Of a DNA stretch of 64,000 nucleotides, positions 18,340-28,310 are shown in pieces. The number at the start of each line of letters is the position of its first letter. Positions within the stretch are counted from its first letter, which is position 1. Below the pieces are notes generated by a model, which ran no database searches, was not told the DNA's origin, and was given only the letters and a program-made list of their open reading frames with translations. A program made the position numbers and the translations under genes. Source of the DNA: a virus; IMG/VR virus record IMGVR_UViG_3300021960_000019. One strand, given 5' to 3'.

Positions 18340-20310
18340 ATGACCAATAATATTTTCACACAAAAGAAAGAAGTTCTTGACCTAATCCAAAATATTATGG
18401 AGAATTCAGATACGGCCGAGATTCTAGAAGAAAAGTATAAACTGTATCACAAAGATTTTTCTAGTGCTATGAAACATGCATACGATACTGTTAAGAAAAT
18501 GGGATACGAAGTAGACCCAGAGAGTATTAATGATAAAGTTGCATTTGGACCTAGAAAACCTTCAAGTGGTAAAACAAATAGTTATAGATTAGATTTACTC
18601 AAAAAAGGTAAACCCCAGAAAAAGGGTGTGCAAATTCAAGTTTACAACATGGATAATAAAAGTTATGAATTGAATATGTACCTTGAAGAAGTTGAACTTG
18701 CAGAGGCTACTGGTGGTTTAAAGATGTTAGGTGCCGCCGATGAATTAGAAAAGTATGCCAAAAAATATGGTGGTATGGACAAAAAAGATTTTCTTAAAGT
18801 TGCAAAACTGATGAGAAAAGGTATGTCTGATAAAGTTGTCGGAATGACTAATAACTTAGATACTGAACCTAGAGAAAAAATTGTTGATGTTGTTGCAAAT
18901 CACATTGGTGTTAAATCTACAGAAAAAATGTTTGGTGTAAAATTCTTACATAGAAAAGAATCTGTTGAAAATAAAGAAGTTTCTGAAAACAAAAGTCTCA
19001 TCAAAGACTATGAAAAGTATATGTCGCAAAGTGGTAAGAAATCCCACAATGCATTTGATTACTTAATGTCTATGCCAAAGTATAAGCGTATGTCAAAAGA
19101 CCAGATGACAAAAATCATCGGTGATGCGAAACGCAAAGGCATCTTCAAAGAAGAAGGTGAACTTGATGAAAACAAAAAGGCTGCATTGCAAAAGAAACTC
19201 GCAAAAACCGCACAGTCATCCAAATCAGGAAAAGATAAAGTAACTCTGAAAAAGGCTCCTTGGGATAAAAAGGAAGAACTTTCACCAAAACAAAAGAAAA
19301 TTGACGCAAATAATAATGGTAAAGTTGACGGGGAGGATCTTGCCAAGTTAAGATCTAAAAAAGAAGAAGTACTTTCTCAAATTAAAAACCTTATTTTAGA
19401 CGAAGGTAGAAAACAAGTTCTTGCACATGGTGGTAAAGGACAATATAAAGTAGTTAGTACTGATGGTGCTGTTGATGTTGTTTTCAAAGGTAAAGTAGTA
19501 GGTAAAGGTGACTATGATAGAGGTGCAGATTCTTTCTTTATCAGTATGAAGGGGCAAAAAGGACAAAAATCTTTTGATGACGCTCAAGATATCGCCGATT
19601 ATTTTGCAAAAAACAAAATTAAAGAAGAAGTTGAATTGCAAGAGTATTCTGCACTACCAACTGTCGAAACTTTAAAGAAAATGCATGATGAAGGTAAAAC
19701 TAAAAAACAAATCATGGCTGCATACTCAGGATGTGATTCAGTAAAATTAGAAAAACTCTATGCACAACATTGTACCGAAGAATTAGAAGAAAAGTTTTCT
19801 CCAAAAGAAATTAAGATGGCAATTGGTGTTGCATCAGATAAGAGATATGCTGGTGGTAACATGACAGGTGCAGTAAAGGCAATCGATAAAATTAAAAAAG
19901 GATTATCTAATCATCCACAAGTCTCTGCAGTATTAAAAAGACAAAACGAAGATAATGTACAAGAGTCAGAATGTGATTGTTGCAATGAAGATCCTTGTAA
20001 CTGCCCTGCAGACTGTAAATGTCGTAAATCCGAAGAACTTTCTCCAAAACAAAAGAAAATCGATAAAAATAAAAATGGTAAAATTGATGGATCGGACTTG
20101 GCAAATTTGAGAAAGAAGAATGAAGATTTTGATGTTGAATCATTAATAGAATCATCTGATAAAAAAGATGCAAAAGAAATGGCAGATTTGGTGAAAGAAT
20201 TAGAACCAAAAATCAAAATGACTGAACTTAAAAAACAAGTTTACGATATGGCCATGGAAAAATATAACAATAAAACAAGAGCGAAGAAAATCGCATCTAT
20301 GATTAAATAA
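18340..20310 (+). CDS. Lys/Glu-rich multi-module protein, putative internal head polyprotein
   Basis: Short basic modules separated by xxEE/LxE linkers; two EELSPKQKKIDxNxNGKxDGxDLA repeats; Cys cluster. Confidence 0.65.
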   Translation: MTNNIFTQKKEVLDLIQNIMENSDTAEILEEKYKLYHKDFSSAMKHAYDTVKKMGYEVDPESINDKVAFGPRKPSSGKTNSYRLDLLKKGKPQKKGVQIQVYNMDNKSYELNMYLEEVELAEATGGLKMLGAADELEKYAKKYGGMDKKDFLKVAKLMRKGMSDKVVGMTNNLDTEPREKIVDVVANHIGVKSTEKMFGVKFLHRKESVENKEVSENKSLIKDYEKYMSQSGKKSHNAFDYLMSMPKYKRMSKDQMTKIIGDAKRKGIFKEEGELDENKKAALQKKLAKTAQSSKSGKDKVTLKKAPWDKKEELSPKQKKIDANNNGKVDGEDLAKLRSKKEEVLSQIKNLILDEGRKQVLAHGGKGQYKVVSTDGAVDVVFKGKVVGKGDYDRGADSFFISMKGQKGQKSFDDAQDIADYFAKNKIKEEVELQEYSALPTVETLKKMHDEGKTKKQIMAAYSGCDSVKLEKLYAQHCTEELEEKFSPKEIKMAIGVASDKRYAGGNMTGAVKAIDKIKKGLSNHPQVSAVLKRQNEDNVQESECDCCNEDPCNCPADCKCRKSEELSPKQKKIDKNKNGKIDGSDLANLRKKNEDFDVESLIESSDKKDAKEMADLVKELEPKIKMTELKKQVYDMAMEKYNNKTRAKKIASMIK

Positions 20311-20322
20311 GGGAGACTGTTA

Positions 20323-20625
20323 ATGTCTATTAAGAAACCAAGTTATGCCCCTGATGCCGTTGCTACAAATCGCGGTTGGGAATCGCCGAAAGGTGAACTA
20401 CTCGTATCTCATAGGGGATTGAAAGATAAACTAGGAGCATCAGCACCGGCACCCAAAAAGTCGAAACCCGCCCCAAAACCAGAAGTTGTTGAGGATGCAG
20501 GACCAGATTTTGCCAGTATGTCTAAAGATGAATTAGAATCGTGGGCAAGAGAAAATCTTGATGTAGAACTAGATAAAAGACAATCAAAGAAAAGTCTTAT
20601 TGAAGAAATTAAAGAATTAATGTAA
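20323..20625 (+). CDS. Hypothetical protein with C-terminal helix-extension-helix-like motif
   Basis: MSKDELE.WA....VELDKR.SKK.LI; PAPK linker; SD GGGAG. Confidence 0.6.
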   Translation: MSIKKPSYAPDAVATNRGWESPKGELLVSHRGLKDKLGASAPAPKKSKPAPKPEVVEDAGPDFASMSKDELESWARENLDVELDKRQSKKSLIEEIKELM

Positions 20626-20656
20626 TCTCCTATTTGGGGCCCTTGGTGAATATTGA

Positions 20657-21046
20657 ATGTTTGAGAATTTAACTGAAGCGAACGTGAGCTTATATCAAAT
20701 GAAATCTTATGAAAATCCTAGTTGTCATACTATGGATGAATTCATGGATGATATGAAGCGGATTAAATATATAAAAAGATTGTTTTATAGGTATCATACT
20801 AAAAATCAACTTAAAGAAAGATTGATATTAAATCATCTGATAGTATTGTATAATGTGTTGGGTAACGAACCTTGCACAAGAATTCTATTTTTAAAAATAG
20901 ATAAAGAACAGTATTATATTTTAGTTAGTTTCTTAACCTTTATTAACAAGTTGCCTAGTGTAGTAAATGGAATTGAGAGTGGAAATATTCATACAGAGGA
21001 CATTCCAGTAAAAAAAGAAATTATTGAAGTTTTGCAACAAATTTAA
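20657..21046 (+). CDS. Conserved T4-like hypothetical protein
   Basis: YENP.C...EF.DD.KRIKYIKRL..RY...LKERLILNHLIVLYNV. Confidence 0.75.
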   Translation: MFENLTEANVSLYQMKSYENPSCHTMDEFMDDMKRIKYIKRLFYRYHTKNQLKERLILNHLIVLYNVLGNEPCTRILFLKIDKEQYYILVSFLTFINKLPSVVNGIESGNIHTEDIPVKKEIIEVLQQI

Positions 21047-21048
21047 AT

Positions 21049-21056
21049 TATAAATA
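21049..21056 (+). promoter_or_regulatory. T4-type late promoter TATAAATA heading the fibre array
   Basis: Exact consensus, then SD GGAG and ATG 21083. Confidence 0.75.
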
Positions 21057-21082
21057 ATAGAAAAGATTATTGGAGTTTTTAA

Positions 21083-23335
21083 ATGGCAGATACTAGATTA
21101 TCCAGTTCGATATCATCACTCAGACAGAAACTATTAGATCAAATTCCGTCGGCAAATCCTGAACAATTAAAAAGAATTGCAAGGTCTGCAAGAAACCTTG
21201 GGCACACTCAAGATACTGATATTGAAGATGCAATCAATACAAGAGCAAATACTCTTATTGTAACTGCAGATGCAACAGAATCTGAAGCTATTGCTGCCGC
21301 GATCAATCAAGTTGACGATTCAATAAATCCAAATATTACTGCATCTGGTACAACCGCAACAGCTGCTGGTACAAATATTGTCACTTCTGACTCTGCGCCT
21401 GGTAATCCCGAAGATGGTGATTTATGGTTTAAAACAGATGAGATGAATTTATATATTTATTATGATGATGGAACATCTTCTCAGTGGGTACAATCAAACG
21501 CACCAACAGTTAGTGGTGGTTCTGGTGATATATCAGACTTGACAGACAGTACTGGACTATTAGGTTCTGGTGGTGCTACTGTCTATGCAGATATGGCGGC
21601 ACTAATAGCCGCTACTGGAATGTCTTCTGGCGATCTTGCTTTGGTTACTGCAAATAATAATATGTATGTATATAATGGATCTGGTTGGTATAAGATTGCT
21701 ACAGTACAAAACGATTCACCTAGTGCAATCACTGGAGTGAATGGAACTTATTCGTTGGCAAAGGACGGAACACCTACGGTTATCACAGCAGTTTCTACAG
21801 ACCCCGAAGGATTCACTCTCATATGGAGTTATGCAGTCACTTCTGGTTCTTTAGGAACAACTGCAACTGTTTCACAAAATGAAAATGTATTTACAATTAC
21901 ACCTAGTACTGATAGTGCTAATGCTGGAACATTTGGGTTGACATTTTCGGTTACTGATGGAGTCAACGGTGCAGTTAATGCAATTAGTACATTTACTTTA
22001 ACATTTTCTATAGATTGGTCATCTGGGTCGTTACAGCATAGTCATCGTGCCTGGGGATGGGATGCTACAAGTCAGGGCAGTGATATAGCATTATCCGAAG
22101 ATGGAGATAAAATGATTGTGGGCAATCCATCATCTGGCAACAACAATGAAGGTACTTGGTCTATATTCACAAGGTCTGGTACTAATTGGGGGAGTCCAAC
22201 TCATATCGCACACACTGATAATTATGAAAACGGTAGGTTAGGAACATCAGTTGCTATGGACGCAACTGGTTCGAGAGTAGCGATTTCTGCTTTGTATGGT
22301 AGTACTTCAGGAAATACTTCAAATAAGGCGGGAAATGTAATAATATATACACTAAGTGGTACAACTGCAACAAGAGAAGCTGTTATAGTTGCTGATACAA
22401 ATTATTTATATGCATTAAATTATCCCACTTATGGTGGATGTATAAGTATGGATAAATTAGGAGAAAGAATAATTGTTGGTCATGCAGGAGCCACTGCAGG
22501 AAATCGAACTAATCGTGGACAAGCACACATATATAAGAGGACTGGAACAACGTGGGCAAAAGAACAAACTTTGGAAAGCGATTACAATTATGATTACCAA
22601 GGAAATGGAGTAGCAATTTCTGGTGATGGTAATACTGTTTTTGTGACAAGGGGCGCTGGTGGCGGAAATTCCAATGAGAGGGCCCAAACGGCCGCACCAT
22701 CTGTTAAAATATACACAAGAAGTGGAACGAGTTGGAGCCTTCAAACAGAAATAGATTCTCCGGCGGGTATCTATCAGAACAATCGATTTGGTGGTATATC
22801 GACGGGCGGGATTGGGTCAATATCATGCACTAATGATGGTAATATTCTAGTGATTGGTGATGGTGGGGCATCAAGCAACGGCTCGAACAATAATAAGCAT
22901 GGAAAGGCATGGGTGTTTACAAGAACTGGCACTTCATGGGATTCTGGAGTAGCATTAACTCCATCTAGCTCGTTGGGTACGAGGGATGGATTTGGAACAA
23001 GAGTTACAATAGATGACAATGGAACTGTTATTGTTGTAGGTAAACCACAAGCGGAAAATAGCCAATATTTAGATGGTGGTGAGTTTCATGTTTTTCAGAA
23101 AAACGAATCGGGAAGTTTTGTGGAAGTAGATAAAATATCAAATCCAGACGATCTCAGTTCTGTATCAGGCACTGAAGGACCACAGGACGGCGCGAAATTT
23201 GGGCAAGGCCTTGCTATATCTGGCAATGCGGAATATCTAGGTGTCGGGGCCCCAATCCATTTCTATTACGTGAGTGGCAACCCCACTGGTTATCATGGCG
23301 ATCACTACGGCAAAACTTATGTTTATATACCTTAA
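21083..23335 (+). CDS. Virion appendage protein: MAD-type anchor + Ig/cadherin-like module + FG-GAP-like beta-propeller
   Basis: Repeated G.SVAIS.DG..I.VG...G...IYTR.GT.W blades; TDPEG module. Confidence 0.7.
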   Translation: MADTRLSSSISSLRQKLLDQIPSANPEQLKRIARSARNLGHTQDTDIEDAINTRANTLIVTADATESEAIAAAINQVDDSINPNITASGTTATAAGTNIVTSDSAPGNPEDGDLWFKTDEMNLYIYYDDGTSSQWVQSNAPTVSGGSGDISDLTDSTGLLGSGGATVYADMAALIAATGMSSGDLALVTANNNMYVYNGSGWYKIATVQNDSPSAITGVNGTYSLAKDGTPTVITAVSTDPEGFTLIWSYAVTSGSLGTTATVSQNENVFTITPSTDSANAGTFGLTFSVTDGVNGAVNAISTFTLTFSIDWSSGSLQHSHRAWGWDATSQGSDIALSEDGDKMIVGNPSSGNNNEGTWSIFTRSGTNWGSPTHIAHTDNYENGRLGTSVAMDATGSRVAISALYGSTSGNTSNKAGNVIIYTLSGTTATREAVIVADTNYLYALNYPTYGGCISMDKLGERIIVGHAGATAGNRTNRGQAHIYKRTGTTWAKEQTLESDYNYDYQGNGVAISGDGNTVFVTRGAGGGNSNERAQTAAPSVKIYTRSGTSWSLQTEIDSPAGIYQNNRFGGISTGGIGSISCTNDGNILVIGDGGASSNGSNNNKHGKAWVFTRTGTSWDSGVALTPSSSLGTRDGFGTRVTIDDNGTVIVVGKPQAENSQYLDGGEFHVFQKNESGSFVEVDKISNPDDLSSVSGTEGPQDGAKFGQGLAISGNAEYLGVGAPIHFYYVSGNPTGYHGDHYGKTYVYIP
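21543..21689 (+). repeat. Shared DNA module among fibre genes (copies at 34262-34344 and 23571-23646)
   Basis: 21543-21625 vs 34262-34344: 1 mismatch in 83 bp; 21614-21689 vs 23571-23646: 2 mismatches in 76 bp. Confidence 0.9.
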
Positions 23336-23363
23336 TTTTAAATAGTACGAAAAGGATAATACT

Positions 23364-24833
23364 ATGGCAATCAATTTTCCAAATTCACCAACAAATGGCC
23401 AAGCATTTGATGTTGGGTCTATGACATTTGAATATAATTCCACTAAAGCAAGATGGGAAATTGTCGCTGGCACAACTAATACAGATATTTCCGATTTAAC
23501 AGACACTGGTGGACTATTAGGTTCTGGTGGTGCAACTGTTTATGCAGACCTGCCAGCATTAATTGCTGTAACTGGAATGTCTTCTGGTGATCTTGCTTTG
23601 GTTACTGCAAATAATAATATGTATGCATATAATGGATCTGGTTGGTGGAAAATTGCAACACTTGAAAACAATTCTCCAACTGCAATCACTGGAGTAAATG
23701 GATCTTATTCACTAGAATCTGATGGAACACCTACAGTGATTACAGCAGTATCCACAGACCCCGAAGGGTTCCCCCTAACATGGAGTTATGCAGTCACATC
23801 TGGTTCTCTTGGTACAACAGCAACTGTTTCACAAAATGAAAATGTATTTACTATAACGCCAGGCACAAACGATCCATCAGATGCTGGTACATTTACTCTA
23901 ACATTTAGTGTTACTGATGGTAGTTCTGGTGCGACATCCGTGGCCTCAGCATTTAGTCTTAACTTTCTACCGATTAATGGTGAGGTCACAAACGTATCTG
24001 GACTAAGTGCAGCTGCATATGGTGATTATTTAATTAAAAAACTAACCTCTGGGAGTGGTAGTTTCACAATTCCAACTACAGCCAAGTACGACTTATTAAT
24101 GGTCGGCGGTGGTGGCGGTGGTGGTGATGGTAATGCTGCCGGTGGCGGCGGTGGCGCTGGTGGAATGGTCGAAGGGTTTGAGGTAACTTTGCCGGCTGGT
24201 AATTATACCATTTCAGTTGGTGCCGGTGGATCTGGTGCAACATCCAATGATGGCAGTGGGAGTACTGGTGGAAATACAGTATTAACAAATACTACTACTG
24301 GAGACTCTATGACTGCCTTGGGTGGTGGTGCTGGTAGAGGTTGGAGTGGTAATTTGGCAACTTCTAACGGTGGTTCTGGTGGTGGTGATACAGGGCCCGA
24401 CAATTCTTCTGGTACATCTATCGCACAAGCAAAAGGAGCATTTACCGCATTTGGTGGTGAATCATTCCATGAATATGGTAATAACGGCGGCAACAAATGG
24501 GGCAACGATTATGGAGGCGGCGGTGGCGGCGCAGGCAGCGCGGCTGGCACTCAGGGCGCATCCGGCGATCCAAGAGCTAATTCGATAGAGACAGGTAGTG
24601 CTCAATACTATGCAGAAGGTGCTACTGGCGCCACTTTTCAAGGTACTTCTCATGCAACCACTAGTTATGGACTTGGTGGTAATGGTGGGAAATACGGTAA
24701 TTCTTCCACTGAGATAGCACCGACCAATGGAACAAATGGAACTGGATCTGGTGGTGGAGGCAAGACTGATTCGTATCTCGACGCGAATGTCGGCCAAGGT
24801 GGCAGTGGTATTTTTGTATTACGACATGTATAA
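23364..24833 (+). CDS. Virion appendage protein: MAINFP anchor + Ig-like module + Gly-rich domain
   Basis: MAINFPNSP; TDPEG; LMVGGGGGGG...GGGGAGG...GGSGIFVLR. Confidence 0.7.
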   Translation: MAINFPNSPTNGQAFDVGSMTFEYNSTKARWEIVAGTTNTDISDLTDTGGLLGSGGATVYADLPALIAVTGMSSGDLALVTANNNMYAYNGSGWWKIATLENNSPTAITGVNGSYSLESDGTPTVITAVSTDPEGFPLTWSYAVTSGSLGTTATVSQNENVFTITPGTNDPSDAGTFTLTFSVTDGSSGATSVASAFSLNFLPINGEVTNVSGLSAAAYGDYLIKKLTSGSGSFTIPTTAKYDLLMVGGGGGGGDGNAAGGGGGAGGMVEGFEVTLPAGNYTISVGAGGSGATSNDGSGSTGGNTVLTNTTTGDSMTALGGGAGRGWSGNLATSNGGSGGGDTGPDNSSGTSIAQAKGAFTAFGGESFHEYGNNGGNKWGNDYGGGGGGAGSAAGTQGASGDPRANSIETGSAQYYAEGATGATFQGTSHATTSYGLGGNGGKYGNSSTEIAPTNGTNGTGSGGGGKTDSYLDANVGQGGSGIFVLRHV

Positions 24834-24860
24834 TCAATAGAACTAAAGGATAAAATATAG

Positions 24861-25484
24861 ATGGCCGATACAAACTTGAACACTTCTATTGCTTCAGTCA
24901 AATCTAAAATTCTTAATGATTTGCCAACTGCAACTATAGAAGAAGTTACTCAACTTGCAAGAGGTGCTAGAGCTGCTGGACTAGACGAAGATGCTACAGT
25001 AGAAACTGCATTAAATTCCAGAGTCAATACTTTGGTATCGGGGGCATCCGCTGAAGATTTGAGGAAACTTTCTGTCGCATTAAGACAACTCAGAAATCCT
25101 GGCTTAACAGTTGCATCTTCGATTAGTAATACAGATGGCTTGACAGAAGGCACAACTAATGTATACTATACTAATGCAAGAGTGCAATCTCATCTAGGAA
25201 GTTTTTCTGGTAATATCTTACCAGATGCAAATGATACATATGATATTGGTTCTGCAGAATATAAAATTAGAGATTTATATGTAAGTGATAATTCTATACA
25301 TATTGGAGATAAGACTTTAAGTAGAGACAATGTGGACAGAAGTATGGAGGTTTTTGATGAATTGCCACCATCTTCACCCACAGATATTGGTAACAAGGGT
25401 GATGTTCGTATAGATTCTGATTATATGTACGTATGTAAAGACCTAAATAGTTGGGTAAGAATTCCTATAGATAAAACGTGGTAA
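24861..25484 (+). CDS. Short fibre-like protein with MAD-type anchor
   Basis: MAD anchor; TDGLTEGTTNVYYT..R; ILPDANDTYDIGS...RDLY; C-terminal YVC...W.R. Confidence 0.65.
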   Translation: MADTNLNTSIASVKSKILNDLPTATIEEVTQLARGARAAGLDEDATVETALNSRVNTLVSGASAEDLRKLSVALRQLRNPGLTVASSISNTDGLTEGTTNVYYTNARVQSHLGSFSGNILPDANDTYDIGSAEYKIRDLYVSDNSIHIGDKTLSRDNVDRSMEVFDELPPSSPTDIGNKGDVRIDSDYMYVCKDLNSWVRIPIDKTW

Positions 25485-25489
25485 AATAA

Positions 25490-28231
25490 ATGGCAGATAG
25501 TAATCTAGACACATCATTAAGTGCAGTATCTTCTGCAATACTTTCACAAATTCCTACTGCGACTATAGACGAGTTGGTTAATTTATCTAGAGCGGCACTG
25601 CAAATTGGTGAAAGTGAAAATGCAACTATAGAAACTGCAATAAATGCAAGAGTCAATACTCTAGTATCTGGTGCAACTGCGACAGAATTAAAAAAACTTG
25701 GTGATGTTATCAATAGAATGAAAACAACACCAGTTACGACAACTGCAGATTCTGGTAGTTCAGGACCGACTGCGGCAGTAACAACTTCAGATACTGCACC
25801 TTCTGCACCAAGTGATGGTGATTTGTGGTGGAACTCTAGTAATGGTGGATTATATCTTTATTACAATGATGGAAGTAGTACACAATGGGTAAGTGTTAGA
25901 GGAGCAACTGGGCCTGCTGGCGCTGATGGTGCCGATGGCGCTGATGGTGTTGGTGGGGGTTCATCTGTAACAACTTCAGATACAGCACCAACAAGTCCTA
26001 ATTCTGGCGATCAATGGTTTGACACCACTTCTGGTACTCTGTATGTCTACTATAACGATGGAACTAGTTCACAATGGATTGGTGTTTCTGGACCTTCTGG
26101 AGCAGATGGTGCTGATGGCGTTGATGGTGCAGATGCATCAAATCCTAGTCCTACTATAACATCAATTTCTCCAACGTCATACGATGGAACAACTGGTACA
26201 AGCATTACAATAATCGGTACAAATTTTGATATAGGTACTATAGTGTCGTTCATAGATTCTGGCGGAAATGAATATAATGCATCAACAACCTCTGTCATAA
26301 CTCAAGGAGAACTTACTGCTGTGACACCTCAGGCATTTACGGCCGCAGATGGTCCGTTGGATTTGAAGGTAACAACAGGTGGCGGACAAAATACGACTAC
26401 AACAGATGCAATCCAAACTGGAGGGTCTCCGATATGGACTACTGCCGCTGGACAACTTGGTTCATCATTATATAAAGATACAATTGGAGTCTCATTGCCG
26501 ATTGTTGCAACTGATCCAGAAGGACAATTTGTATCATATACAGTAAACAGTGGAGCATTAGTGCCAGGCCTCAGTCTTGGTGGTGGAACAGGTTTAATCA
26601 CTGGAGATGTTACGTCTGCAAGTATTACGGCAACAACAAATTATTCCTTTACTGTAAATGCCAGTGATACATCAGGAAACGCAACTCCCAGAACATTTTT
26701 TATTAATGTTTTAAATGAGTTTGGAACTTACTTCACTAGAAATTCTACATACAAGTGGACATATTCACAAAATGTTACTAGGGCATCAGAGTTATATACT
26801 GACCTAGCAGCCAATACCGATGGAGCACCTGAGTTTAGAACCAATTTATTATCAGATAATACTTCCGCTACAGGTGATGCACTAAAATATGCTTACGGTG
26901 CATATATTAAATTTAATATGTTGGTTGGCCCATCTAGTACACCTAAAACGGTTATAGGATTTGTAAATAGAAACTCATCAAATAATAATTGGTCATTATC
27001 GCCATTTGATTACGGTGACGCACCAAATATTGATAATAATTATAGAAATTTTATGTTTATCAATAGTAATTCAAGTACTAGTACAACTTCTGATTGGTCA
27101 AATACTAGTAATGGTAACGGAAGATTAATACACCTTGTCTCTGTAGATGATAATGATTGTAGTTTTATGAGGGCAGATGGAGCAGCAATTATACACGGTG
27201 GCCAAGGGGCCACTAATCAAGCAGAACCAACATATGTATATCAGCCAAATACAGACTACTCATCAAATGCGTCTAATATCACCGCCCATGCTGGAGCAAC
27301 AAGCGTTCCAACTCAAGCTGCAAATTGGCCTGGTGGAGGTGCAGCAATTGGAATGCATCCTTGGTTACAACAAGTAAAAGCATCCACTTCAGCGCCGTGG
27401 GCTGGTATTTCATCTTATGATGTGACAAATAGACAAAGTAGTTATAGTGGCTATACAGGTGGCAACACCGGCACTCAAAGGTTTGCAGTAGTATCATTTA
27501 TGGGAATAGGTGGAGAAGTAGTATTTGAATATTTTGGTGGCAATGTTGCTTATTATGTTTCAGTAATATTGCCAAATGGATATGTACATAGGTTTGCAAG
27601 ACAAACTATAACTTCTCCTTCTAATATTCCATTAGTATTTACAAATAACCCAAACGAACGAAATAATACTATAACTTCTGTTAATGATGGATTTAGTGAA
27701 GCCATGATGCAGAAAAGTGACTCATCAACTGGTGCAATTACCTTCAATGTAAATTGGACTAATGGCACATTGGAAAATGTTACAAATATAACATTATCTA
27801 CAGTGAATAAAATCCAGACTGAAGAAGATATTTATGGTGATCCTATACATCTTGTTCTTGGGAGTCCTTGGTTTCACAAATACTACAACAATTCGCCGCA
27901 TGGATCCACTTTTCTTCATTCTTGGGCAGATGGAATTCCACTCTCCAATCATGAAAATTGGAAAAGTACTAACAATTATGGTAGATGGATGGGCGAAAAT
28001 ATTTATACATACTATAAAAGTAGTAGTCGAGTGTTGCATTATAGCAACGCGCAAGGCGGCCAACAGACAGGATTAGATTTATTTTCAATGATAGGTCCAC
28101 AAAATTATGTGTACTTGGGTGATTGGGGTCATGATAATGAAGGAATGTTTGGTCAAAGTGGTATTGGCCAAGACTCGCAATTTACTTTTTCACGAACTAA
28201 TATTAGACTTATTCCCTCAGATTGGTATTAA
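25490..28231 (+). CDS. Fibre protein: MAD anchor, collagen-like GADGADG tracts, IPT/Ig modules, unique C-terminus
   Basis: Two TSDTAP..P..GD.W motifs each followed by G-X-Y repeats; PTITSISP...GTNF; TDPEG. Confidence 0.7.
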   Translation: MADSNLDTSLSAVSSAILSQIPTATIDELVNLSRAALQIGESENATIETAINARVNTLVSGATATELKKLGDVINRMKTTPVTTTADSGSSGPTAAVTTSDTAPSAPSDGDLWWNSSNGGLYLYYNDGSSTQWVSVRGATGPAGADGADGADGVGGGSSVTTSDTAPTSPNSGDQWFDTTSGTLYVYYNDGTSSQWIGVSGPSGADGADGVDGADASNPSPTITSISPTSYDGTTGTSITIIGTNFDIGTIVSFIDSGGNEYNASTTSVITQGELTAVTPQAFTAADGPLDLKVTTGGGQNTTTTDAIQTGGSPIWTTAAGQLGSSLYKDTIGVSLPIVATDPEGQFVSYTVNSGALVPGLSLGGGTGLITGDVTSASITATTNYSFTVNASDTSGNATPRTFFINVLNEFGTYFTRNSTYKWTYSQNVTRASELYTDLAANTDGAPEFRTNLLSDNTSATGDALKYAYGAYIKFNMLVGPSSTPKTVIGFVNRNSSNNNWSLSPFDYGDAPNIDNNYRNFMFINSNSSTSTTSDWSNTSNGNGRLIHLVSVDDNDCSFMRADGAAIIHGGQGATNQAEPTYVYQPNTDYSSNASNITAHAGATSVPTQAANWPGGGAAIGMHPWLQQVKASTSAPWAGISSYDVTNRQSSYSGYTGGNTGTQRFAVVSFMGIGGEVVFEYFGGNVAYYVSVILPNGYVHRFARQTITSPSNIPLVFTNNPNERNNTITSVNDGFSEAMMQKSDSSTGAITFNVNWTNGTLENVTNITLSTVNKIQTEEDIYGDPIHLVLGSPWFHKYYNNSPHGSTFLHSWADGIPLSNHENWKSTNNYGRWMGENIYTYYKSSSRVLHYSNAQGGQQTGLDLFSMIGPQNYVYLGDWGHDNEGMFGQSGIGQDSQFTFSRTNIRLIPSDWY

Positions 28232-28310
28232 GGCAAAAAACAATAAGATGACGTATTCATACACAATTTTTTTATTAAATATATAATAAGAACTAAAGGA
28301 ATTTCTATAA

